A DNA stretch of 63,965 bases, the filler included, from Trypethelium eluteriae (taxonomy: Eukaryota), in NCBI GenBank assembly GCA_051942245.1. It is 3 parts of 3 records of this genome, joined end to end, with 100 filler letters (N's around TTAATTAATTAA, not from the genome) between each part and the next. Parts side by side here need not be neighbours in the genome. Positions count along the whole stretch, not along the records: positions 43,249 to 63,965 come from JAVECL010000488.1; 2 more parts are not named here. One strand, 5' to 3'. Each line of letters starts with the position of its first letter. Within the stretch, counting starts at the first letter, position 1. Of the stretch, positions 60,416-63,965 are shown piece after piece. Made by a program: the position numbers and the translations under genes. The notes under the pieces were generated by a model. That model saw nothing but the letters and a program-made list of their open reading frames with translations, made no database searches and was not told the origin of the DNA.

Positions 60416-62596
60416 ATGTCCGGATTCCTCCGTCGACGGGTCATTGGACCCTCAGAAGACTCTCTGGAGCCATCACGCGAACCAACACCAGGACCCGGAG
60501 AAGAATACCGTGTTGTTGATGCGAAGAAGCTCCATAAACTGAGCAAGTCAAGAACGACCAGCAAGAGACGACATGCCTGGGTATTCATTCTTGGAGGCCT
60601 CTTTGGCATCCTTGTGGCTGGATTGTTTGCCAGTAACAACGACATGATTGACTTGAGCTCCATTACAGACATGAACTTGGATTCCCTCCTGGATGTGATT
60701 CCAGCTGGACTGATCAAAGATGCCAAAGATATCCAGGTGAGTGCAAATATAGTCGATCGGCTTCCTGTTTTCAGGAGAGGGGCTGACTCTGTTTTGACTG
60801 AAGGCTTACAATCTACGTCCTGTGACAGAAACATGAACGAGACGCCGTTAACTACGACTCCTTTACCGTGGGGCTGCATGCTCAGTCTCAAGGCATCAAG
60901 GCACTCCATCCCGTCATAATGATACCAGGTGTCATATCGACGGGACTGGAAAGTTGGGGAACGGATGAACAATCGCGGCAGTATTTCAGGAAAAGATTGT
61001 GGGGTAGTTGGAGTATGATGAGAGCCTTGGTCATGGACAAAGCATCCTGGAAGAGGCACCTCATGGTCGATAAACGCACAGGTCTAGATCCGCCCGGCAT
61101 CAAGTTACGAGCCTCCCAAGGTTTTGACGCTGCGGATTTCTTCATCACTGGTTACTGGATCTGGAACAAAATCCTGGAGAATCTAGCAACAATTGGCTAC
61201 GATCCGACGAACGCTTTCACAGCCGCATACGACTGGAGACTGTCATACATGAACTATGAGAGACGTGACCAGTACTTCTCACGGCTTAAAGCGCACATCG
61301 AACTCGCAACCCAAATCTCCGGCCAGAAAGTGGTTTTACTTTCGCACAGCATGGGATCTCAAGTCTTATACTACTTCTTCCACTGGGTTGAGGCCTCGGG
61401 GTACGGTGACGGGGGTTCCCAATGGGTGGACGCTTATGTTGATTCCTGGATAAATATCAGCGGTTGCATGCTTGGTGCACTGAAAGATATCCCTGCCTTG
61501 CTGTCGGGCGAGATGAAGGACACGGCGCAACTCAATGCTTTTGCTGTCTACGGCCTAGAAAAATTCCTTTCCCGTAACGAACGTGCGGAGATCCTGCGAG
61601 CATTCCCCGGTCTCTCTAGTATGCTTCCCATTGGTGGTGACCTAGTATGGGGCAACAGTACATGGGCTCCCGATGACCTTCCTGGCCAAGAAACATCGTT
61701 TGGAACCTTCATCAGATTTAGAGATCAGCTCGAGAATGGGTCGCACCCTTTCTCCCAAGCTTCATCTCGCCAAAACATGACTGTCAGTGAAGCGATGCCC
61801 TATCTCTTTCGCCATTCGGAGCCGTGGTTTCAAGATATGGTCAAACAAAATTATTCATTTGGTGTTGCTCATACCCGCAAAGAAGTCGAGCAGAACAATG
61901 CTCTGCCTGGAAAGTGGCTAAATCCACTTGAAACGAGGCTGCCGCTTGCGCCAAACCTCAAGATTTACTGCTTCTATGGGATGGGTAAGCCCACTGAGCG
62001 TGCTTACTACTATCGGGACGAGCCTTATGCTGGAAGCCTAATAAGCAACGGCATCCCTAAATCGAATTTACCTGAGGACGATGCGTATACAACATTTCGG
62101 CCATCGAACGTAACTATTGATGCTGGCTACACATCTGGCAATATCGATCATGGAGTCATCATGGGCGAGGGAGACGGAACAGTCAATCTGATGTCAAGTG
62201 GTTACATGTGTACCAAAGGCTGGAAGATGAAAAGATATAACCCAGCAGGAGTGAAAGTGACCACGTACGAAATGCCGCATGAGCCGGATAGGTTCAGCCC
62301 ACGGGGCGGGCCGAATACAGGTAGGTTCTGACCGATGCTACGTTTGCGATCCAACTTGCTAAACAGTGATTGTAGCTGACCACGTTGACATTTTGGGTCG
62401 CTCCTCTCTCAACGATCTCATATTGAGGGTCGCTGGTGGCAGAGGTGACCTGATTGAGGAGACTATTGTCTCCAACATTCGCGAATACGCAGAGAAAGTC
62501 AAGATCTACGATGATGAACCAGAAGAAGGACCACCAGGCGAATCAGACCGTCAGTCAGTCGAGGAAAGATTTGAAGAATTACTCAAAGAGCTCTGA
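60416..62596 (+). CDS. LRO1: Phospholipid:diacylglycerol acyltransferase
   Basis: N-terminal TM helix, PGVISTGLESW, AAYDWRL, SHSMG, GDGTV and DHVDILG. Introns 60737-60828 and about 62321-62376. Confidence 0.94.
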
Positions 62597-63136
62597 GAAT
62601 ATTACGCAGTACTCAGCAGTGGCGTTAAGGGGAGTGCCAAGGATGATACTACTGAATAGAAGATACCACTCTGTACAATCGCTTGTGTCATACGCATAGA
62701 TTTCTGGGCTTAGGGACGTTATTTTATCGGCTGTATTTGACGCGTGGATTAACTCGGCATATTTCAAACTAGAATATTTCCTGTAAAATTCGTTAGACTA
62801 CCACAGTTTGGGCGGCTTGACAAGATATCGGGCTTAAGAGGTATTGCGAATTTTAGCGATAGATGAGACTCAACTCTTGTTCCTTGGACTGACAGTTTTA
62901 CATAGGCCAAAATCATGACAAGTGACTTGCTTAATGTGAGCGGCTTCAAATAGCCCTTCCCAGCGTGTAGAGCTCCGTTACCACTTTTCAATTAAGGTTT
63001 ACATCTCGGTTCATCAACTTTCGTTATTGATGCGCAGAAGCTATAATTTCGCGACTCGTTCATAAGAGTCGACGAAGCACGCGCACGGAATGGTCAGGAG
63101 TTTGACACGAATTTAAAATTTCGAGTTCAAAGCTTG

Positions 63137-63965
63137 TCATAACTTAGACTGCTGCTGCTGTAACACGAGCCCGCCATCTTTTAGTTCGTATTGTCTCCCT
63201 CTCCGCCAACCCATCCATTTTCCCAGTAGTTCTTCTCCACCATCACCAGGAGATAGGCCCATGCTCGACCAACCCTGACCCTCAACACCAATGCCTTGGC
63301 CCTGCGCCACGTCCTTGGCACTCTGTATGATAGCTTTCGCAGGTGTATTTTTGAGGGTGACGATAGGTCGCTGGTCAAATCCAGCGGCTTCAAGTTCTGC
63401 TTGGCTGAAGACCGGTGTACAGCATGCATCGGTGCCGTCAAATACTTGCTCCCATTCAGCCCGCGGCTTCGACTTGAATGTCTTGGTGAAGAGATCTGCT
63501 AAGGCAGGCCACGTACTGCGATCTTCGCGCTTCCCAGGTAGAGATGAAGGATCTATCCGTAGGCCTTTGAGCAGAGCTGCAAAGAACTGAGGTTCTAAAG
63601 CTCCACTAATAAAGTCAAAAGCGTCAGCTGATTGCATCGCAAGATTGGGTCAATTGGGACAACTCACACTGCCATATACCCTCCATCCTTCGTCTCATAA
63701 GTATCATACCACGGACACCCTCCATCCAGAAAATTCTCTCCCCTCGCCTCATCCCACATCGGCCCCTTCATCGCCAACCGCGGCATACTCGCCAAATACG
63801 CACTCCCATCCACCATATTCGCCTCGACCACCTGCCCTCTCCCCGTCCTCTCGCGCCCCAACAACGCCATCACAACCCCCATAAAGCACACCGCGCCTCC
63901 CCCCGCAAAGTCCCCTAGAATATTCCCCGGCGCATACGGCTTCTCCCCCTTCCTCCCCAACATCC
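63137..63965 (-). CDS. CoA-transferase family III / alpha-methylacyl-CoA racemase with PTS1, 5' end outside the window
   Basis: [41 protein letters not shown] and C-terminal SKL. Intron at about 63669-63607. Confidence 0.9.

Noticed and set aside
14654..63137. Stop-codon readthrough (TGA CTA) giving cryptic PTS1 extensions
   Set aside because: The stops checked (RAM2, sedolisin, Fe-ADH, SFB3, CDC7, LRO1) lack that context. The only PTS1 seen is the direct SKL on the CoA-transferase.

Overview
Gene-dense, intron-containing DNA from a filamentous ascomycete (Pezizomycotina). The window consists of three contigs joined by two artificial 100-nt spacers (N run + TTAATTAATTAA + N run), so adjacency across 21526-21625 and 43149-43248 cannot be trusted. 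I can support 24 protein-coding genes or fragments, mostly housekeeping: an IRC20/SHPRH-like SNF2-RING protein, PXR1, an RRM+YTH protein, RAM2, a serine dehydratase, an S53 sedolisin, a PhyH dioxygenase, two MFS transporters, a mitochondrial SLS-like protein, an FNT channel, EFM4, GRR1, an ARK1/PRK1 kinase, pacC, an Fe-ADH, SFB3/SEC24C, RPL28 (uL15), CDC7, YCS4, MAK3, LRO1 and a CoA-transferase III with PTS1. There is no biosynthetic cluster, CRISPR array, rRNA or recognisable tRNA. Most notable: (1) the 8-exon RPL28 gene yields the normal 149-aa protein only if intron 2 is spliced at a non-canonical TG acceptor, while the nearby AG gives a frameshift and premature stop, which is either a splicing/NMD switch or a single-base error; (2) recurrent C-rich to G-rich skew switches independent of gene orientation; (3) a 415-bp Tc1/mariner-pogo-type MITE; (4) ten GCCARG sites upstream of pacC; (5) a small spliced coiled-coil gene missed by the ORF track. 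All exon boundaries were read by eye and no database search was run.
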